DNA of 64,000 bases, taken from assembly GCA_965218785.1 (NCBI GenBank), contig OZ244650.1:864001-928000 (forward strand), in the 5' to 3' direction. Below, in pieces: positions 1 to 10,954 of this stretch; the stretch's first letter is position 1, and every line of letters starts with the position of its first letter. A model generated the notes under the pieces. That model was not told the origin of the DNA, did no database searches, and saw only the letters and a program-made list of their open reading frames with translations. The translations under genes were made by a program, and so were the position numbers. Source of the stretch: Nitrosopumilus sp. (GTDB lineage: Archaea; Thermoproteota; Nitrososphaeria; Nitrososphaerales; Nitrosopumilaceae).

Positions 1-687
1 CTCTTAACACATGATGTTTTCATGGGGAGAACACCTGTTCGAACATATACCATGGTGGATTACCACTGGAACGAAATAGGTCTGAGATTCATTCAGCAAT
101 ACCCTGATGAATCTCTTGAATTTGCTGATAGATTGTTGGCAAGTATGGATAGTGAATCATCTCTTATTTCTCCTCATTCACAATCTTTGGAGGTATTGGA
201 TACTGTTGCTTCTAGATTACCAGATGAAGTATGGGATTTAATGACTAAATACATTGCATTACCTTTTGATAAACGTGGATATGCTATAATTAATTGGATG
301 CGGGGTAATCTATTTGCACCATCGAATAACTTTCTAGATAAGGTTGATTTTCAAAAAATTTTGGATTGGATTGATAATAATCCTCATAAATTGGCACCAT
401 ACATTATTGAACATGTACCACCAATTCTGACCTTTGATAGTTTAGCCAGAAAACTCCTAGTAAAATATGGAACTGAAAAAAGTGTAAAAATATCCCTTGT
501 TGCAAACTTTTCTACCGAAGGATTCTCTGGATCAGCCTCAACTCATTTCCAAGAAAAGAAAGAAAAATTACTTGTTTACAAAGAACATGATGATAACGAA
601 AATGTGAAAAACTGGATTGATTTCTATGTAAAATGTTTAGATGAGGATATTAATCGTGAAAAATTACAAGAAGAAAGGGAATTCTAA
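1..687 (+). CDS. C-terminal part of a hypothetical alpha-helical protein, 5'-truncated by the window; possibly a large defence-associated protein
   Basis: Frame is open from base 1 to TAA at 685-687; AT-rich; lies directly upstream of the RM locus. Confidence 0.7.
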   Translation, partial: LLTHDVFMGRTPVRTYTMVDYHWNEIGLRFIQQYPDESLEFADRLLASMDSESSLISPHSQSLEVLDTVASRLPDEVWDLMTKYIALPFDKRGYAIINWMRGNLFAPSNNFLDKVDFQKILDWIDNNPHKLAPYIIEHVPPILTFDSLARKLLVKYGTEKSVKISLVANFSTEGFSGSASTHFQEKKEKLLVYKEHDDNENVKNWIDFYVKCLDEDINREKLQEEREF

Positions 688-711
688 TGTAATTTATTGA
701 ATTTGAAAAAT

Positions 712-1121
712 TAATTCTCCCATATCCAATCCTTTCCGGTAATCTGGAAACCTACTAGCATTAGAATCTGTATAATTAAATTTTTAATTGTGTTTTTGAT
801 GATTTCTCTAATGTAATGATGGTTTTTCTGTTCTCAAATAATCTTATGTGAGTAAAAAATGAAATTTAGATGGCATTGGGAACGATCTTATCGATGAATC
901 TAAAGAAGATCTATATTTCATGTTTCATTTCTGGCATTAGATAACTTTAGAGCCACGAAGTGGATGCTGTCTAATGATCGAGATCTGAAATCACGATCTT
1001 CTCCTGATTGAAGCTTTGTATTTATTCTGCAATACATTTCGTTAAGATTCTCTTTATAATGAGGTAAACGATCTGGAAGAGGGTCTAAATTAAATACTGG
1101 CAAAATAAAGTCCCAATGCAT
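712..1121 (-). pseudogene. Decayed ORF of unknown function
   Basis: 67-aa ORF 918..1121 followed by further coding-like frames broken by stops; begins next to the 10-bp tandem repeat. Confidence 0.3.
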
Positions 1122-1126
1122 GAGTA

Positions 1127-1167
1127 ATCATTCCTTATCATTCCTTATCATTCCTTATCATTCCTTA
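1127..1167. repeat. 10-bp tandem repeat (ATCATTCCTT)x4
   Basis: Four exact copies, ending about 70 bp upstream of the Type ISP start and just before a TTATAAA box. Confidence 0.95.
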
Positions 1168-1235
1168 GATGCACAATATTATAAAAAATCTAAAGATTTT
1201 ACAAATTTCGATGATGTAAGTGATGGTGCCTCCGT

Positions 1236-4200
1236 TTGAGTGCCGTCCGAGACGGCGCATTTGAGATGGTATTAAAGAAGATAAGAACAGGATCCAAGAC
1301 TCCTGTAGATCTTGGCATTAAATTTGAAAAGATCATGTTTGATTTTTTTAAAACCGACAGCGTATACAAAAAACGATTTCAAAAGGTCTGGATGTGGAGT
1401 GACTGGGCTAGAGATAACAAGATCAAAGAAGAACTTGGAACTTCTCATGACCTAGGGGTAGATATCGTAGCTCAAGAATATGGCGGTACACTCTGCGCCA
1501 TCCAGTGCAAGTGTTATGACGATGACAATACACTTGGCAAAGAGGATATCGATAGTTTTATTGCAGCAGGAAAATCATATCATCTCTCCAACTATGTGCT
1601 GGCTTGTACAGGACCAATCAACGATAACGCAATGGCTATGCTAAGGGGTGTAAGATGCAATATAATCACAAAGCAACACCTAAAAAACAGCAGTGTAGAC
1701 TGGTCAGAGTACCCAAAGATTAAATCAAAAAAACCCAAGAAACTACGGGATTATCAACAGTTTGCAATGACTGATGTGGTACAAGGTTTTGAGAAATCAT
1801 CAAGAGGCAAGATGATAATGGCATGTGGTACGGGCAAGACGTTTGTATCATTAAAAATTGCTGAAAAACTGGCAGGCAAGGGAGGTATAGTTTTGTATCT
1901 GGTACCCTCGATCTCTTTGATTCTACAAAGTATGAGGGAATGGTCTGATAACTCTGGCATTCCACACTATTACATGGCAGTATGCTCGGACAAGAGCATC
2001 AGAAATTCAGAGAATGGAACCTTGACTGAATTGGAGACTCCGGCATCAACTGATATAACAGAACTATCAGAGAAACTGGCAAAAATATCCAACAATACCA
2101 TGAACGTGATTTTTTCCACATATCACTCAATCGAGGTAGTCATGAGCGCCATGACTGACAAAAAGTTTGATCTCATACTGTGTGATGAGGCTCACAGAAC
2201 TACGGGAATTGGAGATACAAAAAAAGAATCATTTATGACCATGGTTCATCATGAGCACAACATAAAATCCAAACGACGACTCTACATGACGGCAACCCCA
2301 AGAATATACACAGATATCATCAAAGCCAAGGCACAGCAAAAGGAAAAAGTAATCATCTCAATGGATGACGAATCTCTTTATGGTTCGGTCTTTCATAATC
2401 TGAGCTTTTATGATGCTGTCCACAAGTATCATGCCCTGTCTGATTTCAAAGTACGCGTAGCCATCATGGATGGTGATACCATGAGTAGAATGATCCAGCA
2501 TTCTACTGCCAATGATGAAAATCTGGTTCCACTAAATGAAAAAACATTGATGGCATCCGTATGGCATGCTTTGGAGTATCCTGGGAGTGGGGATGAAAAA
2601 GAGTTGCTACAGCGAGTTATAGTGTTTTGTGACATGATAAACTCATCCAAACTGTTTGCAGGAGAGGAACTGGTATACAAAAAAGACATTCGTGAAGATC
2701 CTGAAAAACTGGGTAAATCCAGAGAGATTGACAGGTATAGATCATTTGGCAAGGTAGTCGAGCATATCCAAAAGATAAAAAATGATCCTGATTCTACCAA
2801 ATCTGAAGTAAGGCACGTGGATGGGGGCGACAATGCCCAGAGACGGCGGCGGGAACTTGACTGGCTTCGAGACAGCCAGGATGATCCGAGCACATGCCGG
2901 ATTCTATCAAACGCCCGATGTTTATCTGAAGGCATAGATGTTCCCTCTCTGGACGGCGTAGTATTTATGAATCCGCGAAAATCAGTTGTGGATGTGGTGC
3001 AGGCTGTTGGTCGAGTCATGCGCCGATCGCCTGGAAAAGAATACGGATATGTTATACTTCCTGTTGCCATACCTGCCGGCATCAAAGTCGAGGAAGCCCT
3101 CAGTGACAGTAAACATTTCAAGGTGGTGTGGCAGGTACTCAACGCACTTCGATCCCATGATCCAAATCTTGCCGAAGAGATTAATCGACTGATACTGGAG
3201 AGACCCAATCCCAATGACAATGAGATAACAAACAGGATAATAATCAGACATGCAAACAGCCACAATCTCTATTCCCTTGACATGCCTGCTGATAAAATGA
3301 TAGAGGGTATTACTACCAAGCTTATTGAAAAGGTCGGTGACATTAATTATTTTGACAGGTATGGTCAAAAACTCGGGGATGCATCACATACAATCGAGGC
3401 AAGAATCAAAAATAAAATAGATTCATCTGATTCAATAAAAAACGAGATCGGACAGTTCCACGATTCCCTCAAGAATATGATAAATGACTCCATTACAATT
3501 GACTCTACAACACAGGTCATAGCACAGCATATCGTACTGTCAAGAGTTTTTGATGCGTTGTTTCAAGGCGAGTTTACATCACATAATCCAATATCCATCG
3601 AGTTTGATAAGATTGCAAAGAAACTGGGGTTAAAAGAAGAGCTTGAGGATCTAGAGGGATTCTATGATGACGTAAAAACAGAGTTAAAGGAGATAAAGAG
3701 CAGAGAGGCAAGACAGAATTTTATTAAAAAGATTTATGGAAACTTTTTTGAGAGTGCCAACAAAAAGGAAACAGAACAACACGGTGTGGTGTATACTCCT
3801 GTGGAACTGATTGATTTTATCATTAACAGTGTACAGTATCTCTTAAAGAAACACTTCAAGACGGAATTCAACCAGAGAGCGGTAAAGGTACTAGAACCGT
3901 TTGCTGGGACGGGCACATTTATCACCCGACTCTTGGAATCTGGTCTGATCACCGACAACCTGTATGAAAAATACAAAAATGATTTGTATGCAAATGAGCT
4001 TATTTTGCTGGCATATTACATTGCAACAGTAAACATAGAGACTACATATTCGAGTCTCCGAAAAGGTGGAAGATACGTTCCGTTTGATGGGATTAGTTAT
4101 ACAGATACACTACGGATAAATCCACAGTACCGGGATGATGAACGTCATAGACATGAAAAGACTACACTTGATGAGATATTCGAGATAGCTCATAAGAGGA

Positions 4201-5969
4201 TACGGCATCAGAGAGGAATCCATGTTCATGTACTTATGGGAAACCCACCGTATTCGGCAAAACAAAGCGACTATAATGATCAAAATCCGAATGTTTCATA
4301 TCCTGAATTAGATAAACGAATAGAAAATACCTATGTAAAAAAATCAAATGCAACCCACAAAGGTTCACTTTATGATTCCTATATACGCGCCATTCGTTGG
4401 GCATCTGACAGAATTGGCAAGTCGGGAATAATCGCGTTTGTCACAAACGCTAGTTTTATACGATCAGAGACAGCAGCAGGAATACGTGCCTGCCTTGCAG
4501 AGGAATTCAATGAGGTATGGTGTTTTGATTTGAGAGGAAATCAAAGAACTCAAGGTGAAGTTTCAAAGAAAGAAGGGGGCAAGATATTTGGTTCTGGTTC
4601 ACGTGCCCCCGTAGCAATAACAATCCTAATCAAAAACCCAAAAAAGAATGATTGCACCATACATTACAAGAATATTGGTAATTATCACAACAGAGAGAAA
4701 AAGTTGGAGATAATAAAAAATACAAAATCTGTACAAGGAATACGAGATTGGCAAGCAATAACCCCTGATAGACACAATGATTGGCTTGACCAGCGCGGTG
4801 ACGAGTTTTCAAAGTATATGTCTATTGGAAACAAGAATGTCAAGACAGGTAAAAGTGGAAGTGCTATATTTAGAATGTATTCACGTGGAATAGCAACAGA
4901 TCGTGATGTGTGGGCATATAATTCATCTGAAAAAGAATTATCAAATAACATGAAGTGCCATATTAATTATTGTAATAATCAAAATCCAGATAACCCCGTC
5001 ATCAATCCAAAACAAGGTAAATGGAGTAGAGGATTACGTAGTAAAATTAAAACAATTAAACCAAAATTTGAACAAAATAAAATTAGAATTGCTTTATACA
5101 GACCATTTTTCAAACAATATCTCTATTATGATTCTACAAGAATTTTTAACGAAGAAGTTTCTCAAATACCTAAATTCTTCCCAGAAAATTATTCAAAAAA
5201 CCTGATCATCATATTACCATACAAATCTACTGTATATTTTTCTACATTTGTAACTGATATTACACCTGATCTTAATATAATTACTGCCAATCAATGTTTC
5301 CCGCTATACACATACGAAAACAAAAAAGACAAGAAAATCAATATTATTGATTCCATACTACAACAATACCAGACACATTATAACGACAAAAAAATAACCA
5401 AAAAAGACATCTTCTACTATACATACGGCATCCTGCATCATCCAGCATACAAAAAGAAATTTGCAAACAATCTCATTAGAGAACTGCCGAACATACCAAT
5501 GGCTCCAGATTTTTGGAAGTTTTGCAATGCAGGAGAAAAACTAGTTGACTTGCATCTGAATTTTGATTCATGTAATAAATACAGTCTTGGTAAACCAAAA
5601 CATAAATTCAATAAATTCACAAAGATCTCATTTGGAACAAAAAAGCTCAAAAAAGATGGCAGAGACAAGACAGTATCGGATAAAACAAGACTCCGCATTG
5701 ATGGTGTCGAGATATTTGACAGTATACCGGAGATAAAATATTCAGTAAACGGAAGGACCCCTTTGGAGTGGATAATAGATAGGCACCGTATTACGACGGA
5801 CAAAGACAGTGGAATTACAAATGATTCCTGTTCTGGAGTTGACATTATATCAGTAATAAAGAGAGCCGTACATGTGGGAGTAGAATCTGATAAAATAATA
5901 TCACAACTGCCTAAAGAATTTGAACCAAAGAACTGGACTCCTGCAAAGACAGGTCTTGACAAATTCTAA
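1236..5969 (+). CDS. Type ISP single-polypeptide restriction-modification enzyme (LlaGI/LlaBIII-like): Mrr-type nuclease, SF2 helicase, N6-adenine MTase, TRD
   Basis: 1577 aa; D..IQCK nuclease motif, MACGTGKT, DEAH, NARCLSEGIDVP, QAVGRVMR, EPFAGTGTF, NPPY, C-terminal YRPF/NGRTPLEW ISP signature. Confidence 0.95.
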   Translation: MSAVRDGAFEMVLKKIRTGSKTPVDLGIKFEKIMFDFFKTDSVYKKRFQKVWMWSDWARDNKIKEELGTSHDLGVDIVAQEYGGTLCAIQCKCYDDDNTLGKEDIDSFIAAGKSYHLSNYVLACTGPINDNAMAMLRGVRCNIITKQHLKNSSVDWSEYPKIKSKKPKKLRDYQQFAMTDVVQGFEKSSRGKMIMACGTGKTFVSLKIAEKLAGKGGIVLYLVPSISLILQSMREWSDNSGIPHYYMAVCSDKSIRNSENGTLTELETPASTDITELSEKLAKISNNTMNVIFSTYHSIEVVMSAMTDKKFDLILCDEAHRTTGIGDTKKESFMTMVHHEHNIKSKRRLYMTATPRIYTDIIKAKAQQKEKVIISMDDESLYGSVFHNLSFYDAVHKYHALSDFKVRVAIMDGDTMSRMIQHSTANDENLVPLNEKTLMASVWHALEYPGSGDEKELLQRVIVFCDMINSSKLFAGEELVYKKDIREDPEKLGKSREIDRYRSFGKVVEHIQKIKNDPDSTKSEVRHVDGGDNAQRRRRELDWLRDSQDDPSTCRILSNARCLSEGIDVPSLDGVVFMNPRKSVVDVVQAVGRVMRRSPGKEYGYVILPVAIPAGIKVEEALSDSKHFKVVWQVLNALRSHDPNLAEEINRLILERPNPNDNEITNRIIIRHANSHNLYSLDMPADKMIEGITTKLIEKVGDINYFDRYGQKLGDASHTIEARIKNKIDSSDSIKNEIGQFHDSLKNMINDSITIDSTTQVIAQHIVLSRVFDALFQGEFTSHNPISIEFDKIAKKLGLKEELEDLEGFYDDVKTELKEIKSREARQNFIKKIYGNFFESANKKETEQHGVVYTPVELIDFIINSVQYLLKKHFKTEFNQRAVKVLEPFAGTGTFITRLLESGLITDNLYEKYKNDLYANELILLAYYIATVNIETTYSSLRKGGRYVPFDGISYTDTLRINPQYRDDERHRHEKTTLDEIFEIAHKRIRHQRGIHVHVLMGNPPYSAKQSDYNDQNPNVSYPELDKRIENTYVKKSNATHKGSLYDSYIRAIRWASDRIGKSGIIAFVTNASFIRSETAAGIRACLAEEFNEVWCFDLRGNQRTQGEVSKKEGGKIFGSGSRAPVAITILIKNPKKNDCTIHYKNIGNYHNREKKLEIIKNTKSVQGIRDWQAITPDRHNDWLDQRGDEFSKYMSIGNKNVKTGKSGSAIFRMYSRGIATDRDVWAYNSSEKELSNNMKCHINYCNNQNPDNPVINPKQGKWSRGLRSKIKTIKPKFEQNKIRIALYRPFFKQYLYYDSTRIFNEEVSQIPKFFPENYSKNLIIILPYKSTVYFSTFVTDITPDLNIITANQCFPLYTYENKKDKKINIIDSILQQYQTHYNDKKITKKDIFYYTYGILHHPAYKKKFANNLIRELPNIPMAPDFWKFCNAGEKLVDLHLNFDSCNKYSLGKPKHKFNKFTKISFGTKKLKKDGRDKTVSDKTRLRIDGVEIFDSIPEIKYSVNGRTPLEWIIDRHRITTDKDSGITNDSCSGVDIISVIKRAVHVGVESDKIISQLPKEFEPKNWTPAKTGLDKF

Positions 5970-6424
5970 TGTAAAGAAATATCAATCAAAGATATGACAT
6001 ACGAATTAAACTAAATATTACAAAGAAATTTCTAAATGTTCCATGCAAAGCTCTCCAATGTTTCTGAATGAAAGACAATAGTATGTGGAATCAAAGATAT
6101 TGTAAGGAGATCCTGATTTTTCAAACATCTATCAATAGCAACGGCACTTAATTTGATATATTATTGAAAAGTCATGTTGATTTAATCATGTGAATAAAAC
6201 CTCTTGATTCATCTCTGGGTTCTGTAAGAAATATTGCTAAAAGGAAGATTGGAATATGACGGATGAGGTAAGCAGGATCCTATGACTGCGTCATAGCCCA
6301 TAGATCGTCCAATTTGGAGAAGATCGTTATTTGGAATAAAATTTTGCAAAACACCCTAACTTTACAGCGCAGTCAAAATATCCACAACTTACCAGAGCGA
6401 TAAAAGAGAAAGTTTAACTGTATT

Positions 6425-6928
6425 ATGCCTGTATACGATCTAGGTGATGTATGGTTGCTATCACAGTTCATCAAATATCTGGAGGAAAACAAGCTCGTTG
6501 AATTTGAAATACTGGGAGACACCGAATCCTGTTTTCAAAACAGATTCAAGATTCAAAAGTATGTCTTTCTGGCCAAGCGTTTTGGACTGGAATTGCCTTT
6601 TGAACATGATATATATCTGTACGGACCATACTCCCAATCACTGATATCTGAATGCTATGCGCTGGCAAACAACCGCAAAGAATTGTACGATGCAGTAGAT
6701 GCCGTACTTCCAGAATCCTTTCAAAGTCAGAACTTTTTAAATCTGATACAAGACAAAAATATGGATTGGCTGGAAATAGCTACAACACTAATGAATAAAA
6801 AACACATTACAAAGAGAGATGACCTTGTGGAAAATGTAGAAAATACCAAAAACGGGTTTACACGGGAGTTTATCTCCGGTGTGTTAGATGATTTGAGTAA
6901 TACCAATCTTGTTACACTCGTTCAATGA
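6425..6928 (+). CDS. YwgA/Panacea (SocA, DUF4065)-like antitoxin-type protein
   Basis: RFKIQKYVFL...YLYGPYS..L and WLEIATT motifs. Confidence 0.7.
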   Translation: MPVYDLGDVWLLSQFIKYLEENKLVEFEILGDTESCFQNRFKIQKYVFLAKRFGLELPFEHDIYLYGPYSQSLISECYALANNRKELYDAVDAVLPESFQSQNFLNLIQDKNMDWLEIATTLMNKKHITKRDDLVENVENTKNGFTREFISGVLDDLSNTNLVTLVQ

Positions 6929-7375
6929 TTTTCAATTTCTCCTTTCTTAATCCTGCACCACTCAATTTCTTTTCATACTTGATGATTTTTGGATTATCCA
7001 GTAATTTATTATCTGGGGTGAGAAAGAATTTTGAACGGGGATCGATAAGCATGTGAGACAAAATCATAATATAGGTCACATCCAAATAGGTGTCTTTCTG
7101 CCGCAATTTTGTCATTATGGTAGGAGCATTATTGCCTAGTGGAGTTAGGCAAGTATTTGCGTCAATGCCATATTTCTGAATCATATTGCCAAATTTTTCC
7201 AGGCATTCATACAATTTTACATCATCATATTTTTGCAGTATCTTGGTCATTACTTCCCCTAGAATCATCTGAGGTATGATAATCTCAAAACTGCCTCTAC
7301 TGATTTCGGATAACAAATGTTCTACATCTTGTTTTGCTGGACCATTGACTATTATTTCTTTTATATGAGTTTGTT
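6912..7375 (-). pseudogene. PIN-domain (VapC-like) nuclease, N-terminus probably damaged
   Basis: IIIPQMILGEV, LDVT-x-IMIL and FFLTPDNKL resemble PIN motifs, but the N-terminal DTN aspartate is absent and a Tyr sits at a conserved Asp position. Confidence 0.5.
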
Positions 7376-7386
7376 TCTGTAATTTT

Positions 7387-7662
7387 ATGTGTGTGTTACA
7401 TCGTGATATTACCAGTCTTAGTCCCATAGTGTTCAAGATAAAAATTATCACAGATAGAAAATACCCTGACTGGTACATTGGCGTGACAGATCATCTTGAA
7501 GAGCGAAGAGCAAGACATGGTGATCCTGTAATCTGGCACGTATGGGAACCTTCCAACGAAGAAACATCTCGTGAAATAGAAAAGATTTTTCTCGATCTTG
7601 GCATGGATGGTGGCCCTGGTGGCTCCGGCAGTGCCAAATATGTCTACATCTACAAAAAATAA
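7387..7662 (+). CDS. Small minimal GIY-YIG-like protein
   Basis: WYIGVTD..ERR..H, SREIE..FL and GMDGGPGG..YVYIYK. Confidence 0.65.
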   Translation: MCVLHRDITSLSPIVFKIKIITDRKYPDWYIGVTDHLEERRARHGDPVIWHVWEPSNEETSREIEKIFLDLGMDGGPGGSGSAKYVYIYKK

Positions 7663-7780
7663 GGATTAAACCACACTCTTTTTTTATTATCGAAATGACT
7701 CGAACCCCGTATAATCACTGATTTTATAATCCTGAATACTAACTTTTTTACCTATTTTCTCCCATGATACACTGAATAAA

Positions 7781-8020
7781 ACCAAGATAGTCATAGTATT
7801 GTGCGTAAAATCCGTCATTCTTGTGATATCTGGTACATTGGCGTGACCGATAACCGAGTCAGATTATATCATTCATGATACTCCTGATATCTTGCATGTG
7901 TGGCATACGGATACTAGGGATGATTTCTACTATGTTTATACACGTTTTATCAACCAAGGTATGAGTTATGCTAGTCAGAAAAGTGGATGTGGCAAATACG
8001 TCTATATTTTTAAGAAATGA
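7781..8020 (+). pseudogene. Frameshifted tandem paralogue of the 7387..7662 GIY-YIG-like gene
   Basis: TGGTACATTGGCGTGAC is shared with 7471; WYIGVTD in one frame, HVWH...GM...GKYVYIFKK* in the +1 frame. Confidence 0.8.
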
Positions 8021-8704
8021 GTGTTTGGTTTGTTATTGTCGTTTTTATTACCTCGTTGATTTAATTTGATTAGTGGAAATTTAGTTTGTCTTTATGGTGT
8101 TGACTCGTAGGTTTTTACTCATTATACCCCTGTAATAGTTGTATAATCCGGTCAGTCTTTCAGAGGTGATATTTGCCTTGTATGTTTTGTTTTGAGACCC
8201 TGTTTTCTTGAATTAGGAATGTTATGCATTTTTGGACTTTGTATTTTTCTAGTTTTATGAACTTTGAGATATCACATATTTTCTGATCTAGTTTGTAATT
8301 TGAGAAAAACCAGTCCAGGATTTTGTACATTCCTTCTGTTGATAATAACCTCTCTAATGGAGTGTGTATTTTGATATGGTTTCAATTTGGGTGGTCATGA
8401 TGATTCGATTTTGATGTTATTTAACATAGATGTATCTGTCAAGCTTGCAGATGAGTTGAAATCTAAAATACCTTCATGGAAATTATCGTATATGGTATAG
8501 TCGACTTTGTGTTAAAGTATGTTGGGTGTAATTGCTAAAGATTTGATAGAAAAAAAGAGTTATGATGCCCTGATTTCAAAGAGTTTGGTAAACCTGTCTA
8601 AGGATATTTGATTCAAATATACAAAAACGGTTACCCGCTAGTCAAAATATCAAATATAATCATATAACCCATTATCTATAACGAGATACTTTGGAGAACA
8701 TACT

Positions 8705-9505
8705 ATGAGTAACAAAGAAAGTGATACAAATGAAGAAAATATGGATGTGAATAATACTGACAGAGATGAAGATAGCTATGAATGGGGGCAGGAACCTTTC
8801 TCATCTGCACAAAATGAATATAATCCTCTAGTATTAATTGAAGAAAATAAAATGTTACTATCAAAGTTGAAAATGGATCACTCTGAAGTTAAATTGGCTT
8901 CAAAAAACATAATTAATCCATTATACAGTATATCCGTGGTATTTCTTACCCTGTTTGGAATTGGTACATATTTTTCAGGTCTGGACCATAATGCACTGGG
9001 TTTTGAAATTTCTTTTATTATCGGAATACTCTTAATTTTAGCCGTTGGTTCAATTCTTCTAGTCTTTTGTTCTTTACAAAAGACATCCAACCCCAAACAT
9101 GATGAATTGAGGAAAAATATAGTCTACTACCAGAAAAAAATGCTCGAAACTGGATCATACATTCGTAAATACTATGCCAGCCATCCCAGATCAAACTCAA
9201 AGGTATTTACAGAGTTCTCTGACTTTCAAAACACACTTTACTCTGCAAGTATTTTTTTGATATCTTTCAAGTCTGAGAAAGTGTATAATAAATTAATTTA
9301 TGATTTAGATGAGAAAAATCTGAAAGATGGCAAAAATAATACTCGGGCAGATTCGAGAAAAATTCAAAAAATACTTGATGCCTATATTGTATCTAATGAA
9401 GAATACTGTAAAATATTACGTAGGCAACTAGGTGGAATTGAGGTTCGTTTGCAGAAAGCGATAACTGAACTAGGCGGCGGTTCTGAGAAAAATACGGAGA
9501 AATAA
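8705..9505 (+). CDS. Hypothetical membrane protein (2 TM, acidic N-terminus, helical C-terminus)
   Basis: 266-aa AT-rich ORF with two hydrophobic segments. Confidence 0.7.
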   Translation: MSNKESDTNEENMDVNNTDRDEDSYEWGQEPFSSAQNEYNPLVLIEENKMLLSKLKMDHSEVKLASKNIINPLYSISVVFLTLFGIGTYFSGLDHNALGFEISFIIGILLILAVGSILLVFCSLQKTSNPKHDELRKNIVYYQKKMLETGSYIRKYYASHPRSNSKVFTEFSDFQNTLYSASIFLISFKSEKVYNKLIYDLDEKNLKDGKNNTRADSRKIQKILDAYIVSNEEYCKILRRQLGGIEVRLQKAITELGGGSEKNTEK

Positions 9506-10033
9506 TCTTGTTAATCTCTGATTCATTTCAAATCCATAAAATCGATGATATTTTAGGACTTTCAGATCTGCCTATACATCATGTTCGCTAGTATTATCTC
9601 TGATCTACTGCTTTTTCTTCATTTGATCCTCAAAATATTTTAGGTCTCTACAACTTTTCAGTACCAATGCAGGGAAATATTTAAAAAGATTTTACATAGA
9701 AATAATTAAAGAAGATATGACAAACCCCCATGATGAATTCCTGCACAAATCCAAAACTGAAGATAAACGGTTGAATCAATCAATTGAGCAAAAAATAGAA
9801 TCAATCCAGTCCGGAAACTCCAAAGGCAAAAGATACACCATCCCGGAATATCTCGCACATATTGACCGGGTTCTACAAGAGAGTTAAAGCATGGTTTTGT
9901 AACTCTGTATGGGACATAACCATGACTGTATATCTTGAGATCATGGTTTTCCACTCCCGTTTTTTACGGCAAAAAGACCAACCAACAACATAAACCCCAT
10001 GAATATTATACCGAAAAATCAACAGTACTTTTG

Positions 10034-10921
10034 ATGCTTTCTGCATGGATTCGCATAATCAGGGTAAGATTCCTTCTTGCATCAGTAATTGCAGTATCTG
10101 CCGGACTGGCAATTAACTGGCGGCAAAACGCCACCCTAGACCCACTCGATGCGGCTCTGACGTTTGCAGGCGTGCTGGCACTGCACGCAAGCGTGGACCT
10201 GCTAAATGATTTCTGGGATTTTAAACGAGGCATTGACACGCAAACCAAGAGGACCAAAATGAGCGGCGGTACAGGAGTCCTACCAGAGGGATTACTCTCA
10301 CCATCCTCCGTATACCGTGCAGGAATCGCATTTTTGATAATCGGCACGATAATCGGAAGTTATTTTGTCATTACAGACGGTATTACCATCGCAGTAATCC
10401 TGGGATTTGCAATCATCTCAATCTATTTTTATTCGACTAAAATCGTCGATTCCGGACTGGGAGAATTCTTTGTTGCACTAAAAGGATCCATGATAGTCAT
10501 CGGGGCATCCTTTATCCAGTCAGGTCAGATCACCACAGAATCAATCCTGGGAGGCATCATCATAGGCATTCTATCCTCACTGGTTCTTTTTATTACATCA
10601 TTTCCTGATCATGATGCTGATAAATCCAAAGGCAGGAAAACTCTAGTCATCACCGCAGGAAAAAAGAGATCCGCAAAACTTTTCTGGCTGTTCCCACTAC
10701 TCTCATATACCGTAATCCTTACCGGCGTATCCACAAACCTGTTCCCGGCACTATCATTAATCACACTTGTTACACTCCCCATAATTATAAAATCCGGGCT
10801 GGAACTGCACAAAAACTATGACTCTGTTGAGGATATCATTCCTGCCATGTCACTAACTTTGAAATTCAGCAGAATCACAGGTGCGTTGTTTGTAGTCAGT
10901 CTCTTGCTGGATATAACATAG
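10034..10921 (+). CDS. menA: UbiA-family prenyltransferase (MenA-like)
   Basis: NDFWDFKRGID and FPDHDADKSKGRKTL aspartate-rich motifs; multi-TM; likely start MLSAW. Confidence 0.85.
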   Translation: MLSAWIRIIRVRFLLASVIAVSAGLAINWRQNATLDPLDAALTFAGVLALHASVDLLNDFWDFKRGIDTQTKRTKMSGGTGVLPEGLLSPSSVYRAGIAFLIIGTIIGSYFVITDGITIAVILGFAIISIYFYSTKIVDSGLGEFFVALKGSMIVIGASFIQSGQITTESILGGIIIGILSSLVLFITSFPDHDADKSKGRKTLVITAGKKRSAKLFWLFPLLSYTVILTGVSTNLFPALSLITLVTLPIIIKSGLELHKNYDSVEDIIPAMSLTLKFSRITGALFVVSLLLDIT

Positions 10922-10954
10922 TAGACATAAATTTAACGTCTCACAGGATACATC

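Noticed and set aside
2429-3265. 278-aa minus-strand ORF and similar antisense ORFs inside core genes
   Set aside because: Shadow ORFs with no motifs, opposite well-supported genes.
8040-8620. Coding-like fragments, also at about 29800-30130 and 57400-58100
   Set aside because: Multiple stops and no recognisable motif; probably old pseudogenes, but not assignable.
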